A DNA stretch of 63,455 nucleotides, counting the filler, from Sphacelaria rigidula (taxonomy: Eukaryota): the NCBI GenBank assembly GCA_964200075.2. It is 7 parts of 7 records of this genome, joined end to end, with 100 filler letters (N's around TTAATTAATTAA, not from the genome) between each part and the next. Parts side by side here need not be neighbours in the genome. Positions count along the whole stretch, not along the records: positions 1 to 8,980 come from CAXNAA020009594.1; positions 9,081 to 18,060 come from CAXNAA020009595.1; 5 more parts are not named here. One strand, given 5' to 3'. Of the stretch, positions 1-11,376 are shown in pieces. Both the position numbers and the translations under genes were made by a program. The notes beneath the pieces were generated by a model. It worked only from the letters and a program-made list of their open reading frames with translations. It was not told the DNA's origin and did no database searches. Position 1 is the stretch's first letter. Each line of letters begins with the position of its first letter.

Positions 1-319
1 GGGCGGAAGTTCTGGGAAACATGGGGTCGAATCCTGCCAAACTTTGGTTTTTTTTTTTCGTTCCGTCGTTGAGGTCATATACAATGCAGTACGTTTTTGT
101 TCGTTTTTTTTCTTCCTTATTCATTGAGCGGCAGTGCTGTGCGTCACCAGGTTGGCCTACAGTTCACAGCGATATGCTCAAGTCGGGTTGGGCTGCTGTG
201 GTAAACTTGATCAGTTCTGGCGTGAAAAGTGAATGCGGGATTTCCTGCTGGCCCAACTCGTAGTCACCCAGAGGTTTGAAAACTATGCGACACCTGAGCT
301 CCCCGCGATGCCATGTGTA

Positions 320-560
320 AATTGTTCACGCGTTGGACAGTTGATGAGTTGCCTAAATAAATAGTCGAGAAGGACTCTCAGATAAGTTGTCCAAGAACCA
401 CACCCTGGACAAGAGATTCTATTGTAAAAAAATGTACTGCGTACAGTATGGAATCTATCGTCTATTGCAATAGGCGCAATGGTCGATACTGTACGCAGGT
501 ACACGTTTTGACTGTGTATTCTACTATCCAGGGTGTGCCAAGCGCACAGAATACGTGACA
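320..560 (+). repeat. Dispersed repeat family; other copies at ~8085-8470 and ~62750-62960
   Basis: Shared tgtactgc(g/a)tacagtat.gactatc.cgtct...tgcaat block, with internal inverted symmetry. Confidence 0.6.
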
Positions 561-879
561 GCAGGGCCTGAGAAGCCGGAGCGCTCTCCTTCCGTGGCTC
601 CGCGTCTCCGGCGTCTAGCGCTTTTTTTTTCAATTCGTTTATTTTTATTTGTCACACTTTGAGTCCTTCTTCCTCGGGACGAATTCGTGGTCTCAAGGGA
701 TCAACCCATCTCTCCCCGGTCCTGTAGGGAGAAAATATGGAAAAGGGGTAAAGGCGCTGGCCCATGTGGTGTCTAATGTTTGGATTTGTTGAGGTTATGG
801 TTGCTTCACTTGTCTCCAGCCATGTCACGTGCTCTGCTGGCAATCGTTTACTCTCCTGTGCTGAGTTGAAGGCCTTCAG

Positions 880-1205
880 TTCCTTGGAGGCTAGTTTACC
901 GGCGTTGGGCTAGAAATGTCCATTCTTGACACAGTTTTACAAGTATCGCCACCGCTATGAACCCTAAACCCAACTAAACGCATACCGAGAACCCTCGGGT
1001 AAGGGCGGCAGAAACATTCCGTAGGCAAAGTGCGGCCTTCGTAGACCCGAAACCGGCGCCTATGGCGCCGAATTTAACGAAAACGCGTTCTGCACACGCG
1101 AGGAGCACACTAGGCTATTAGCCCTACTGAAATTCTGATGCTCGTTGTACACACTCAAATCAAGTAACGCGTCAACCACGGTAATTAGTAGCCCGACGAC
1201 GGTTC
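880..1205 (+). repeat. ~320-bp dispersed repeat with short terminal inverted repeats; diverged second copy at ~2595-2920
   Basis: The two copies align along their whole length. Ends gcgttgggcta(c/g)aaat ... att(a/t)gt(a/c)gccc(a/g)acg are inverted, and there is an internal aaccctaaac motif. Confidence 0.75.
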
Positions 1206-1759
1206 CGCTCTACTGGTCGCTTAGGGCACGCGATATCTGTTGCCCACACGTTGGGGCGGTCTGTGCCGTCCTTCCCTGTCAGGAGGTGGTGAGTTCAAAG
1301 GGTTTTTACTAGGAATTGCCGACAAGGAGGCGTGTTGGATCTCCGGTGTGATGAATGAATAAGTTGTTTCGGCTTGCGAGTTCTGTACTGCGGAGGTGCA
1401 CGTTGAATGGCATACTCCCTCGTTGGGCGACGGGGAGAGTCGCAATCGGGACGCTTGATCGTCGCTGTGATCGCCACTGCACTTGCCGCGAAAAAGCGTG
1501 CAGCGTTTCCTCCAACCGCTGTAGCATGAGAACTCTCTCCTCTCCCGTCGCAGACGAGGAGTAGGTCCAAGATGAGAGTGGCAAACACTCCCATCATCTG
1601 TGTAGGCGTTCACCGCGTAGCGTTGACTTGGTCCACTCCTCTTCCGTTTGTATTCGCCGTCTGCGAGTCTCCCATCGACCATGCCCCTGCCTTGCCCAGG
1701 GCGGGCGCCGCCCAAGGTGAACGCAAACCGTTCGTTTGTTTCACTACGGCCCTGTAGCC

Positions 1760-2400
1760 CCATCGCGCGGAGGTTCGTGACATACTGCTCGCTGCAATCG
1801 CAGGATGGTATCGTGTCCGTTACCGTCTCGCCTTGCCAGCCGAAAAGTCTCGGGAACATCCGACGCGGCGGCGGAACCCGGGCAGCCAGACGCGGCACCC
1901 CTGTTCAAGAAACTGAAGGCCATCGAGTGTGAAGGTCACGCTCAGCGGTGACACGATCGTCTCCGATGTGATGTTGTATTGGCTTTACTCTTTGCGTGGT
2001 GAATTTGCTTGAGGAGTGCTTGAATCATGCGTTCACGTGCTCTCCCAAGCAATCTTCCAGGCCGAGGATGAAGCGATACAAAGGCCACATCGAAGGCGAT
2101 CGTGTCACCGCTAAGTATGATCTTCATGCTCGAGGGCCTTCGGTTTCTTGACCCCAGGCGTACGGTGTCCGGGTGCCCGGTTCACCCCCCCCCCCCTTGC
2201 TCCGTCTCGAAAGGGATGCGTGGTCAATGGTCAAACGACTAAGGCAAGCAACAAATGGGACCGCCCCCCCCCCCCCCCTCCGACGGCCAGCGGGTGTTCA
2301 CGAGAGGTTTCGGCTGGCAAGGCGAGATAAGAGTGGACACATTGCTATCCCGACATTGCAGCGAGCAATATGTCACCGACCTTCTGGCGGTGGGGCTACA
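1760..2400. repeat. Inverted pair of diverged repeats (1760-1925 minus versus 2130-2400 plus); the second is interrupted by a LINE 3' tail
   Basis: Shared ttcggctggcaaggcgaga...ttgcagcgagca.tatgtcac block in opposite orientations. Confidence 0.7.
2185..2279 (+). mobile_element. Very short LINE family A 3' tail flanked by C-runs on both sides
   Basis: ctccgtctcgaaagggatgcgtggtcaatggtcaaacgactaaggcaagcaacaaatg matches the LINE 3' end; C-runs lie before and after it. Confidence 0.85.
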
Positions 2401-3124
2401 GTGCGTCGTGGTGCAACTGACAGTTCGCTGTTACCTTGGGTGGCTCCGAGTGCGAGCTCCGCCCGCGAAGCCCACGTACCTGCCCTGGGCAAGGCAGGAC
2501 CGTGGCGCACGAGGAATTCGTAGGCGGCGAATACAAAGAAGAATAAGTGGATGGATCCTGTCCGAGGTTCGCTCGTACGGCCGGCTTGTCCACTTCGTGG
2601 AGGCTAGTCAAGCGGCGTTGGGCTACAAATGTCCATCATGGTTGACACATCTTACAAGTATCACTACCCCTAGAACCTTAACCCTAAACTAACTCATACC
2701 GAGAACCCTCAGGCAAGGGCGGTAGATAGCATTCCCCAGACAAAGTACGGCCTTTGTAGACCCCAAATCGGCGCCTGTGGCGCCGATTTTAACGGAGGGG
2801 CGTTCTGCGCACGCGAGGAGCACACGGGGCTGTTAGCCCTGCTGAATATCCGATCCTCGTTGTAAACACTCAAATCAAGTAATGTGTTAACCATGGTAAT
2901 TTGTCGCCCAACGCTAGTCAACTCTGCGGAGTTCGTGTAAGGCTTACTCGTTTGTCTTCCCGGTGATTGTCGAAGAGGAAAGTCGCGTACTGGATAGAGA
3001 CGCCGCCTGCTTTTCCTCGGTGTTTTCTAGCAAGTACTGCAGTGGTCATCGTAGCAGTCAAGCGCGCTAATGGTGATTCTTCCGGTCCCCCAACTTATCG
3101 TTCTACTTATTTCGTGTTGATATA

Positions 3125-3290
3125 ACACCTCCACCAATGGGTTCTCGACACTAATGAAGCCTGTGCATGGCTGGCTTCATTTTGACTGTGCCAAGGTACC
3201 TCTTTGTGTATTGATCTTGCAACACCTCTACCGATGGGTTCTCGACACTGATGAAGCCTGCGCATGGCTGGCGTCAATTTGAGTGTGCCA
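3125..3290 (+). repeat. Tandem duplication, ~98-bp unit
   Basis: acacct..acc.atgggttctcgacact.atgaagcctg.gcatggctggc occurs twice; partial third copy near 3405. Confidence 0.8.
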
Positions 3291-3947
3291 ATTTATCACC
3301 TTAGTGCTTTGATTTTTGTTTGGCGTTGCCCCCCACGTCCTCTGTCATATTTTAAATTCATGAAACGCCTTCACCATGAAACGTCTCCACCATATCATGA
3401 GAGCCACATGGCTGGCGTCATGCACTGAACCCTTTGACCTCGAAGTAGTTGATTCGAGTATCTTTTTATGGCAACGTACCACGCTTTGTATTGGTCTTTG
3501 TATGCGGTTTCTCCGACAACCGAGATCTTGAACTATTCGCGAAGAAACGGTCAGGTAGCCAGCCCTCCAAGTGTCCTATGTTCAGCTCACTTCCTGTTGA
3601 TGTCATCATGCCAGTACTGACCCCTTGATACCTCCCTGAGAATCACGAGGTGCATGATATGTGGTCATAATCCACGGGTTCTGCTCGCAGAAAGAGAGGA
3701 AGTTGGTATGGTGTAGCGTCGGGTTAACCGCCGCCGAAGGCTCGCGGATACTAATTGTTCCGAAAATAGGTTTGGCACCCGAAACACGATGAAGTATCAT
3801 TTGACCTTTTTGCTGCCAACCATTGATGTCGGCATCATGTATCACACGATGATTAGCCCGCCAGTTGTCGACGTCATCATCAATTTGCCGGCGCCCGTAG
3901 GGTTTTCGCAGCTGAATCCACATCCAGCCGTGCGCGAGAACCCTTTG

Positions 3948-4185
3948 AATCGTGTCACCTATGTGGCACATGAGCGGAGCGGAACGGAATGGGAATGGGA
4001 TGAGATGGGATATGATTAAATCTCGGAAATGGTACCAGTCATTACTGGCAATCATCACCCTTCAAATCGTGTCACCTGTGTGGCACATGAGCGGAGCGGA
4101 ACGGAATGGGAATGGGACGTGATGGGATGGAATGGGATATGATTAGATCTCGGAAATGGTACCAGTTATAACTGGCGATCATCAT
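3948..4185 (+). repeat. Tandem duplication, ~120-bp unit with GGAAT/GGGAT subrepeats
   Basis: aatcgtgtcacct.tgtggcacatgagcggagcggaacggaatgggaatggga...tctcggaaatggtaccagt occurs twice. Confidence 0.85.
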
Positions 4186-5569
4186 TATAATGGTGATGGT
4201 GATCATGGTGACATGAAATTTTTGCACAGTGGTTTCAATTTTTTATTTGCCGTTACCGGCTTTTCCCTTGAAAATTGGCTCAAATCTCACGTATTTTTTT
4301 CGTGAAGCCCTCGTGAAGCCAAATCGCGTATAAACGGGCCTCCGGGGCCCTCCGGCAGGCCCCCCTCTGCCGGGGGAGGGGCTTGGCTCGCGGCTGCGCC
4401 GCTCGATGACCAAACCATTATGCACCATTTAACTGATTGATGGTTAGACAAAGCATTTCCGAGCTCTGGATGTGATGAAATGATATAGAATGGAAGAAAA
4501 TCGAGGAAGACGCTGGAAGGAGGAAGAAAGTAGGAGCATGTTTGTTCAGTAAAAATACACGATATAAGAAGCCACCATAGAATACCAAATTGCAAGTCGT
4601 GCACCGAGGGAAAGTTATATGGGCTGACCCCTTGAGACCACGCACTGAGCCATCTCCAGGAAGGAAACGGGTTGTAGGAGTGAGTCAGAAAAGAGAAGAA
4701 AACAAAAAAAGAACGCAGGCAGTTTCCAAGACATGTTGTTTTGGAACGTGACTGTAATTATCCATCCTAGTTGGATTTGTCCTGAAATGACGCAGCACCG
4801 CACCGTCGGTATATTGATCTACTCAGCCCTGTCCCGGCGGATTCCTGTTTCAGGTGTTCTTAAAATTGAAACCCCATGGCCGGTATATTCAAGTGTCATG
4901 TGTTGTCATGCGTGTTCATGGGACGCTTGCCTCCCGTCCCCCGTCCCCACACCCTCTTCCAATATCCGTCACCTTGCCTTACCTTGCTTACGCTATTTTC
5001 GTCAAGGCGGCGCCCTTCCCCCCCCCCTCCCCCCACCCACGCAAGTCGACCCACGTACATGCTTCCAGTATTATCACACCTCAGTCATGACCGCAGTGGA
5101 AAGTCTAATGTGATGGCAGACCGTATGCCCTAGGACATGGGTGTGCGTGCGTGCAGAGGGTGCCCTATCCAAGCAAAGTATACGTTGGCAGAGCTCAAAT
5201 CGGCGCCGATCTTAGCAACAGCACCTGCTGCTGCCGCTGCTGCGGACGCCGGCAAGCACCGGGGACTGTAAACCCCGATAATATTCGAGTGTCGAAAGTC
5301 ATGGTCTACATCGCCGAACCACATGTGTAGAAAACAGCAATTGTGGACGATGAGTGTGGTTTGTCTTAGATGTCAACGTCCAGGATGAATATGATCATAA
5401 CCCGGACTGAGGGTTGGAGAACGACAGTTTCGGGGTTGACGGTGCCGAGATGACGGGTTTCGGGTTGACGGGTGCCCGGGTAATTGGTAAGCGGGTCCGG
5501 TCAGCTAATATGTTGGTAACATTTTTTGTCTACTGTGGACTCGGGTGCACAAACGCGCGTGTATTATGT

Positions 5570-5921
5570 ATGAATGTGTGTTGTTGTCCCTTCCATTGTG
5601 GACGCCAGTCTACCCCTTTCGGTATATGTGGGCGTACCAGCCGGGGTCACACAGGAGGAAGGTCAACTCAGGAGTTTTTATTTTTTATTTGTTTTAAGTA
5701 CCCCACCTTCCTCCCGAGGTGCTTGCCTTTTTATATCGCGAGAGGGGTCTAGCAGTCCCTTTCCCTCGTCGACTGTTGAGTCGAATTTTGTGTACCCACG
5801 ACATGATAGCTCTCCACTGTTGGGCATTGTGTAGGAAAAATCTCAGATTGCTCCGAGAATTGAGCCCTCGACCCAACCGTCAGAGGGTTTCGAGGTTACT
5901 CACTGAGCCACCGGGGCGACC
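5570..5921 (-). mobile_element. tRNA-derived SINE family 2; other copies at 22682-22950 (+) and 57702-58064 (-, (CA)n tail)
   Basis: Head ggtcgccccggtggctcagt (A box) ... gggctcaattctcgg / gggttagaatctcgg (B box). The ~350-bp body is shared by three copies on three contigs. Confidence 0.75.
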
Positions 5922-5988
5922 GGCTGATGTATGTATGTAGTTATATGATTTTTTAACGGTAACATCATCTGATGATCCCCATCTGCAG

Positions 5989-6057
5989 GCGGCACAGGCT
6001 TTGGCGGACCCTGTCGAGTACCCCAATATGTTCGACGATCTACCCTGGGCATTAAAG
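5989..6057 (+). CDS. COPB2: Coatomer subunit beta' C-terminal region, exon (AAQALADPVEYPNMFDDLPWALK)
   Basis: ctgcag acceptor, AAG|gtg donor, 69 nt, phase 0. Matches the conserved beta'-COP motif AA(E/Q)SLADPxEYxNLF. Confidence 0.85.
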
Positions 6058-6400
6058 GTGACCGATTACTACCGTAGCCTAGTTGCGAAAGTGCATGCTT
6101 GGTTTTTTGTGTGCCTACGCCGTTTTTTTGCTGCGCGTGTTTGATTTATGTTGGGTGTAGGTATGGGCTTACAATTTTGTTTCTTGAATTCTCGAGTTCT
6201 CGAAAAAAAAAATGTTTCGTTCTTCATCGACCTGTGTCTCGGATTAGGAAATATCGCTCGCACGTGTCTGAAACATCTACGCTGCATACACGATGACCTC
6301 ACTGAGAGGAGTCCAGGCCGTTACATCGATCGTTCTTCTAGTTGAATTTATTTTTTCACCCGATTTTTTCATGTTTTTTATTTCTCAATGCGTGCGACAG

Positions 6401-6523
6401 GTGGAGGATATTTTCAGGGCGAACAGTGGCATAGTGATCCCCGCTGCGAAGTGGCCTACAGCCAAGGACGATCTGGAGATGGATCTGATACAGATGATGA
6501 AGGAGGAGGCAGCCAAGGTCACG
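6401..6523 (+). CDS. COPB2: Coatomer beta' next exon (VEDIFRANSGIVIPAAKWPTAKDDLEMDLIQMMKEEAAKVT)
   Basis: Pyrimidine tract plus gacag acceptor, gtgagt donor, 123 nt, phase 0. Continues ...ALK|VE as in plant beta'-COP. Confidence 0.8.
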
Positions 6524-6596
6524 GTGAGTTAATCTCTCGAGTGCCAGCAAATGCCATGAGCTTTCACGGTATTTTTTTATTTACTCCCTCTGAATC

Positions 6597-7069
6597 TGCT
6601 TCTTATAGTAGACAAGAATAACAATCTGGAAAAGTGCCTTTTTCGAGCTTTTACATCGTTTTACCCTCAACAGACAGCTAGGCGGAGTTTGACATCTGGA
6701 ATGACTTGCTCTACTAGTTGAGGCGGTTCCAGGACATCTTCTCGTTTTGCGGTGGCCGCAGTTTTCGTTTTAGCCAGACAATTTTTTTTGTATAAGAACG
6801 GTGGGAAACAGTCAAATCTAGAAAAAATCACAATTTCTCCATGGACATGGCCGTTTTTTACCGTTTTTGGACCAAAATTCTTGTTTGGCTGAAACGAAAA
6901 CTGCGGCCACCGGAAAACGGGAAGATGTCCTGGAGCCGCCTCAACTAGTAGAGCAAGTAATTCCAAGGTGTCAACCTCCGCCTAGCCCTCTTTTGGGGGG
7001 CTTAAAACGGCGTAAAGGCTCCAAAAAGGCACTTTTCCAGATTTTTATTTTTGTCTATTATAAGGAGCG
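6597..7069. mobile_element. Foldback/MITE with ~185-bp inverted arms inside a COPB2 intron
   Basis: 6597-6782 is the reverse complement of ~6881-7069 (e.g. ctactagttgaggcggttccaggacatctt versus aagatgtcctggagccgcctcaactagtag). Confidence 0.85.
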
Positions 7070-8674
7070 ACCTGACTCGAAATTCTCTCGAACGGGGTTT
7101 GTGCTGAGTGAGTAAATGGCCGGTGGGGACATGTGTACATGAACGATAACCGATCTGATTTGTTTGGGTTTCAGAGCACTATTTATTTGCCGCCGTGGCC
7201 TGGTGGTGAGATCGATATAATCCGTTACCGGCTACGGCGGAGTTGAGGGTTCGAATCTGGGCATCACGTTTTTTTTTTTAATATTCAATTTTCATTTTTT
7301 TATATGGAGGAAAACGTATCCGATTCTCGTCGTTCAAGACGTGGGGACTCACGTAAGTGTGGCAATGATGAATTCGGCGTAAGTCGGCGTCGGGCGCGAA
7401 TATACAGCTCCAATCCACCGTACGAGATTGTCAGGCGTTCATCGGAGGAGAGAGATGAGTTGGTTGATTGTTCTCACCACGTACTCATCTCGAGGAAGGG
7501 AAAGGGTTCAAGGGTACTACTCCTGTTCCTTTTTTCATGTATTTACGGAAGTCTGAGACTAGAGCACCTGGAATACATAGCTGTAGACAGCGACGGCTGT
7601 ATCGTACATCAAATGACAGCCGATCATCAAAATTGAGGATGGGACTTTTCAATGAGTATGAGAACACGGGAGATTAAAATCTTCGTATTGACACCAAATC
7701 TTCGGAATACGGTTCCATTTCCATTCCTTCACCTGCTGGTGGCTATAGACAACTACTGCACGCCGTACAAGTTTGAATTTCGATATCCGAAATGTTGGGG
7801 TTGGATCGCCTCAATTCCCCGAAATTGATTCTTCACCTAGGACCCCAACATTTCGGCTATCGAACTCCAAATTTGTGGGGGTGTCGTAGTTGTCATTGGC
7901 TACCAGTAGATGGGGGAATAAGAGTGGAGCATATCTCAAATTTTTGGTGTGGATACTGTACGGAGATTTTATTTTTTCTGGATTCTCATCCTCAATTCCG
8001 ATGATCGACTGTTGGATGGATGATGACAAGTATCGTGTGGGCAGGCTCTCCTCCGTTTTGTGTAAAAACCTGCCCAGCGTTCTTCAGAATTGTTCACGCC
8101 ATGGACAATAAGTGGTCAGTAGTTGCAATTGACAAAGCAGTGTACTGCGTAAAAGTATAGATCTATCGCAGCAATTGTTGTTCTGATGATGGACGCAATG
8201 GGCCAACACTTTGTGCAGTACAGTTTTTACCTATTGCAACTATTGACCTTATATTGTCGTATGTGTGGAATCGTTGAAGAAACAGGAGAGTTGTGCGCAT
8301 ACAGCGCAGGGCGGGATTTTGCCTACTCTGGAAAATGACAAAGTAGAACTTCGACAAAAAAGTGTACTGCATACAGTATCGACTATCACGTCTTTTGCAA
8401 TCGGCAATTGATTCTATACTGTACACAGCACATTTTCCGACAGTGCAATCTGTTGACTCGAGGGTGTAGAATATTTGTTCGATTACGAGTGGGCAAAGGG
8501 AGCCAGTACTAATACTCCGGCCTGTAGTTTCACTGTGTAGGGTTCGAGGGGGTTTTCCAACTAGTCACCACCCTCTTTTGAGTACGCATACCCACCCACT
8601 GTTTTAAATTATTGTGCTGCTTCATTAATCGAATTGCTGCCGTGTTTCGTCCTTCTTTTTTTTTTGGTGCTCAG

Positions 8675-8793
8675 AGTTCTGCGGCATCGGGTCCTACTCC
8701 TCCCGCAAACGGGGTCGCCGCTGCGGCTCTAGATACTTCGGCCGGGATAGACCCAGACTCGTCAATGATTGCCATTCAGGGGACCCCTAACAG
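8675..8793 (+). CDS. Probable further COPB2 exon (low-complexity tail SSAASGPTPPANGVAAAALDTSAGIDPDSSMIAIQGTPN)
   Basis: T-tract plus ctcag acceptor, in phase 0 with the previous exon, AG|gtgc donor. Composition fits a disordered C-terminal tail; no conserved motif. Confidence 0.5.
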
Positions 8794-8980
8794 GTGCTTT
8801 GCTTTTTTTCATGGTGTCCACTTAGGTAATGGTTTGCCGGACGTGTGGCTGGCTCAATTCGTTTGCTGGGTGATGAATTGATGATTGGAGTAATGCCATG
8901 ACAGGAACCCCACGACACCCCTCCCCTCCCCCCCATCCCCCGCACCACCACTAACGGACAGCCCAACACACGGCGACACC

Positions 8981-9080
8981 NNNNNNNNNNNNNNNNNNNN
9001 NNNNNNNNNNNNNNNNNNNNNNNNTTAATTAATTAANNNNNNNNNNNNNNNNNNNNNNNNNNNNNNNNNNNNNNNNNNNN
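8981..9080. other. Artificial contig spacer (N44-TTAATTAATTAA-N44); identical spacers at 18061-18160, 27141-27240, 36221-36320, 45300-45399, 54378-54477
   Basis: Six identical 100-nt spacers carry a six-frame-stop linker. The segments between them are 8980/8980/8980/8980/8979/8978/8978 bp, as expected for length-sorted concatenated contigs. Confidence 0.97.
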
Positions 9081-10129
9081 TGATCCAGTATTGATTCCCC
9101 ATCCTGGGCCGTAAGTATAATCGATTAAAATCCCCCCCCCCCCCACCCTCCGCTATCGTAGCATGACTCTGTGGTGGTGCGCAATGTGTTCGAGTGATTC
9201 GATGAAGGTCTTCGATGGTCTCGATCTGGTGGCCACTGTTTGCACTGCACGTTCCATAGTTTGGTCAAGGCCAAAGATATCGGACGAACGCCGAAGTCCG
9301 AACAGCTACGGATGACCATCGCAAAACATTCATGTTTTGTCTGGCGACCGGTTAGATCAACGCTTCACTAAAACAACCCAGCGCTCACACCACCACTTTC
9401 CGCTTCGCGGCAATGTTGACCAAGGGAGTCAGATATGTCAGGGGGCAGAATCCATCCCTCACATGGAACACCTACACGGGCTCGGCTAGATTCGCCACCA
9501 ATTCGTCGTGCATGCTCCTTTAAACCATGAATCTACTTCAAGCGATGTACACCTGCTCTCCGAAGCGAATCTTGGGCGAACGTATGGCTCCGCCCGCCGC
9601 CAGTAGGTCAGTATAGGCATCGTCGCACACCTAAGCGTCAAGCAGGGCGTGCCGATTGAAGTACAGAACCGGCCTCCACTAGAAAACAATAGGTTCCGTT
9701 TATTTCGAGGCTTGAATGGTCGATTTGAAGGACGTTGCTATAACTTGCCCCTGCTTACAATGTACAGGAACTTTTGTGAGGGGCACAATTGAACCCCTAT
9801 ATATATCGTGCTCCGAATCCTTTTGAAAACCCTCAGCTTGAACTTCTGCATGATGGCTCTACATCTCAACAGCGCTTAGGGTCTATAAGCCTTGTTGCTG
9901 ATGATTGTCGGGGTGATGGTGTCAGTATTGTCACAAACCTTGTACCAAAATGGGTGTCGAGGTTGGTGCTTGTGTCATTCTTGGCAACTGGTGTTGACAC
10001 AGCACGGGTGGCCACTGGGGTGCCTACAACCTCAAATTTGGACGTGACAGACCTTGCACAAGGTCTGCAACGTCCAAATTTGAGGTTGCAGGCACCCCAG
10101 TGGCCACCCGTGAGCCTTCAATCCGGCAT

Positions 10130-11376
10130 CAACCAGAGTGTCGCGGTTGTCGTTGAGATTCTAGGAGTGGTGCTGCCGATGAAACAGTGTGTGGGGTTTC
10201 AGCAAGCTTCGTCGGTGTGCCACGTGGTCGTGATCGTTTGATGGCAGTGTAGGCGGTGGTGTGGGTCTCGTACGCGAACTCCGTGTGCGTTAAGTTCGCG
10301 GAGGCTTGTTGGCAGTTTTCGGATAACAATGTATTGGTCTCGGGATGATCACAGAAACCTGACACGATCTCAATGGTGGAAGGATAGATACAATGCGTCG
10401 ATTGATGTATACAGCGACACGTTGGCGCACATCTACTCCAGTACACCGCGAAACGGTGGGAGCTAACGCGACGTTTTGCATGAATGTCCACGTCTAATGC
10501 GGTGGATAAAGTGTGATCCATCGTACCGTCATCACATATTCATTTGTCTACTATGGGGCAATATCTCACCACGAATAGCGCATTTCCCCGAGCTCCGTGG
10601 CCATTCGCTTGACCGCACCGGCATCTTGTCGGAGCAATTGCAATTCCATTGCTGTCGAGCCCGCAAATGATGTATCCACGGCAAACTTTGTAAGTTCATG
10701 CAGAGAAAACCACGCGTTAAGACGTGGTACCAGAAGAAAACCCGGAGACCTTCTTTCTGGCGTTTACGTATGTTGCCGGGGTTTACAAAGCACACATGGA
10801 TACATGCACTCTTGATAAGAATGAAACGAACCGAACGCAAAGTACCCGTGAGGTTATTGGTTGGCTTACCAAATGCAGAAATATTTCGAATTAAAACTCA
10901 GATAGCTCTTCAGGCGACCAACGTCTCCACGTGTCGAGGCATTTTGATGGTGTGATTAACCAGTGGTATCTGGATAATTGACCAAGTACAACACTTCGAA
11001 GCTCAACTTACCGAAGTTTGATTTCCGCCTCGTATTGAAAATAGCGCAACCATCTCTGCATACCGGAAGTATCTCCGCACCCTTCTAAGACCTTTATGCG
11101 TTAACGGCATAAGTCTCACGCCTTGCGCCAGCCTGGTCGATGCCGACATGACTAATTCTACGATACCTTCCCCCCAAAGCCAGCCCAAAACTGTCACGAA
11201 GACAGTGATCATGCAGCGCATGATATTTGATCTCAGGGTGATGAAGCGCCTCATATGGGCGACATTGGTGAAAGCGATCCCAAGCATGGGGATTCCCAGC
11301 TGCTCGTTGTGCTCGATTTTCGCCATTTGATTCACGTGTAGACTTCGCCTCCCCAAACTAGCCACTTTTGTTTTAT
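10130..11376 (-). pseudogene. Degenerate putative transposase fragments (DUF6729-associated type), downstream part
   Basis: Frameshifted fragments NVAHMRRF, HVLTRGFL and YIICGLDSNGIAIAPTRCRCG resemble my recollection of DxxHxMxR ... HxxxGxLSDP ... YxxxGxDxNGLxxYRCxRG. Motif recall only. Confidence 0.35.
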
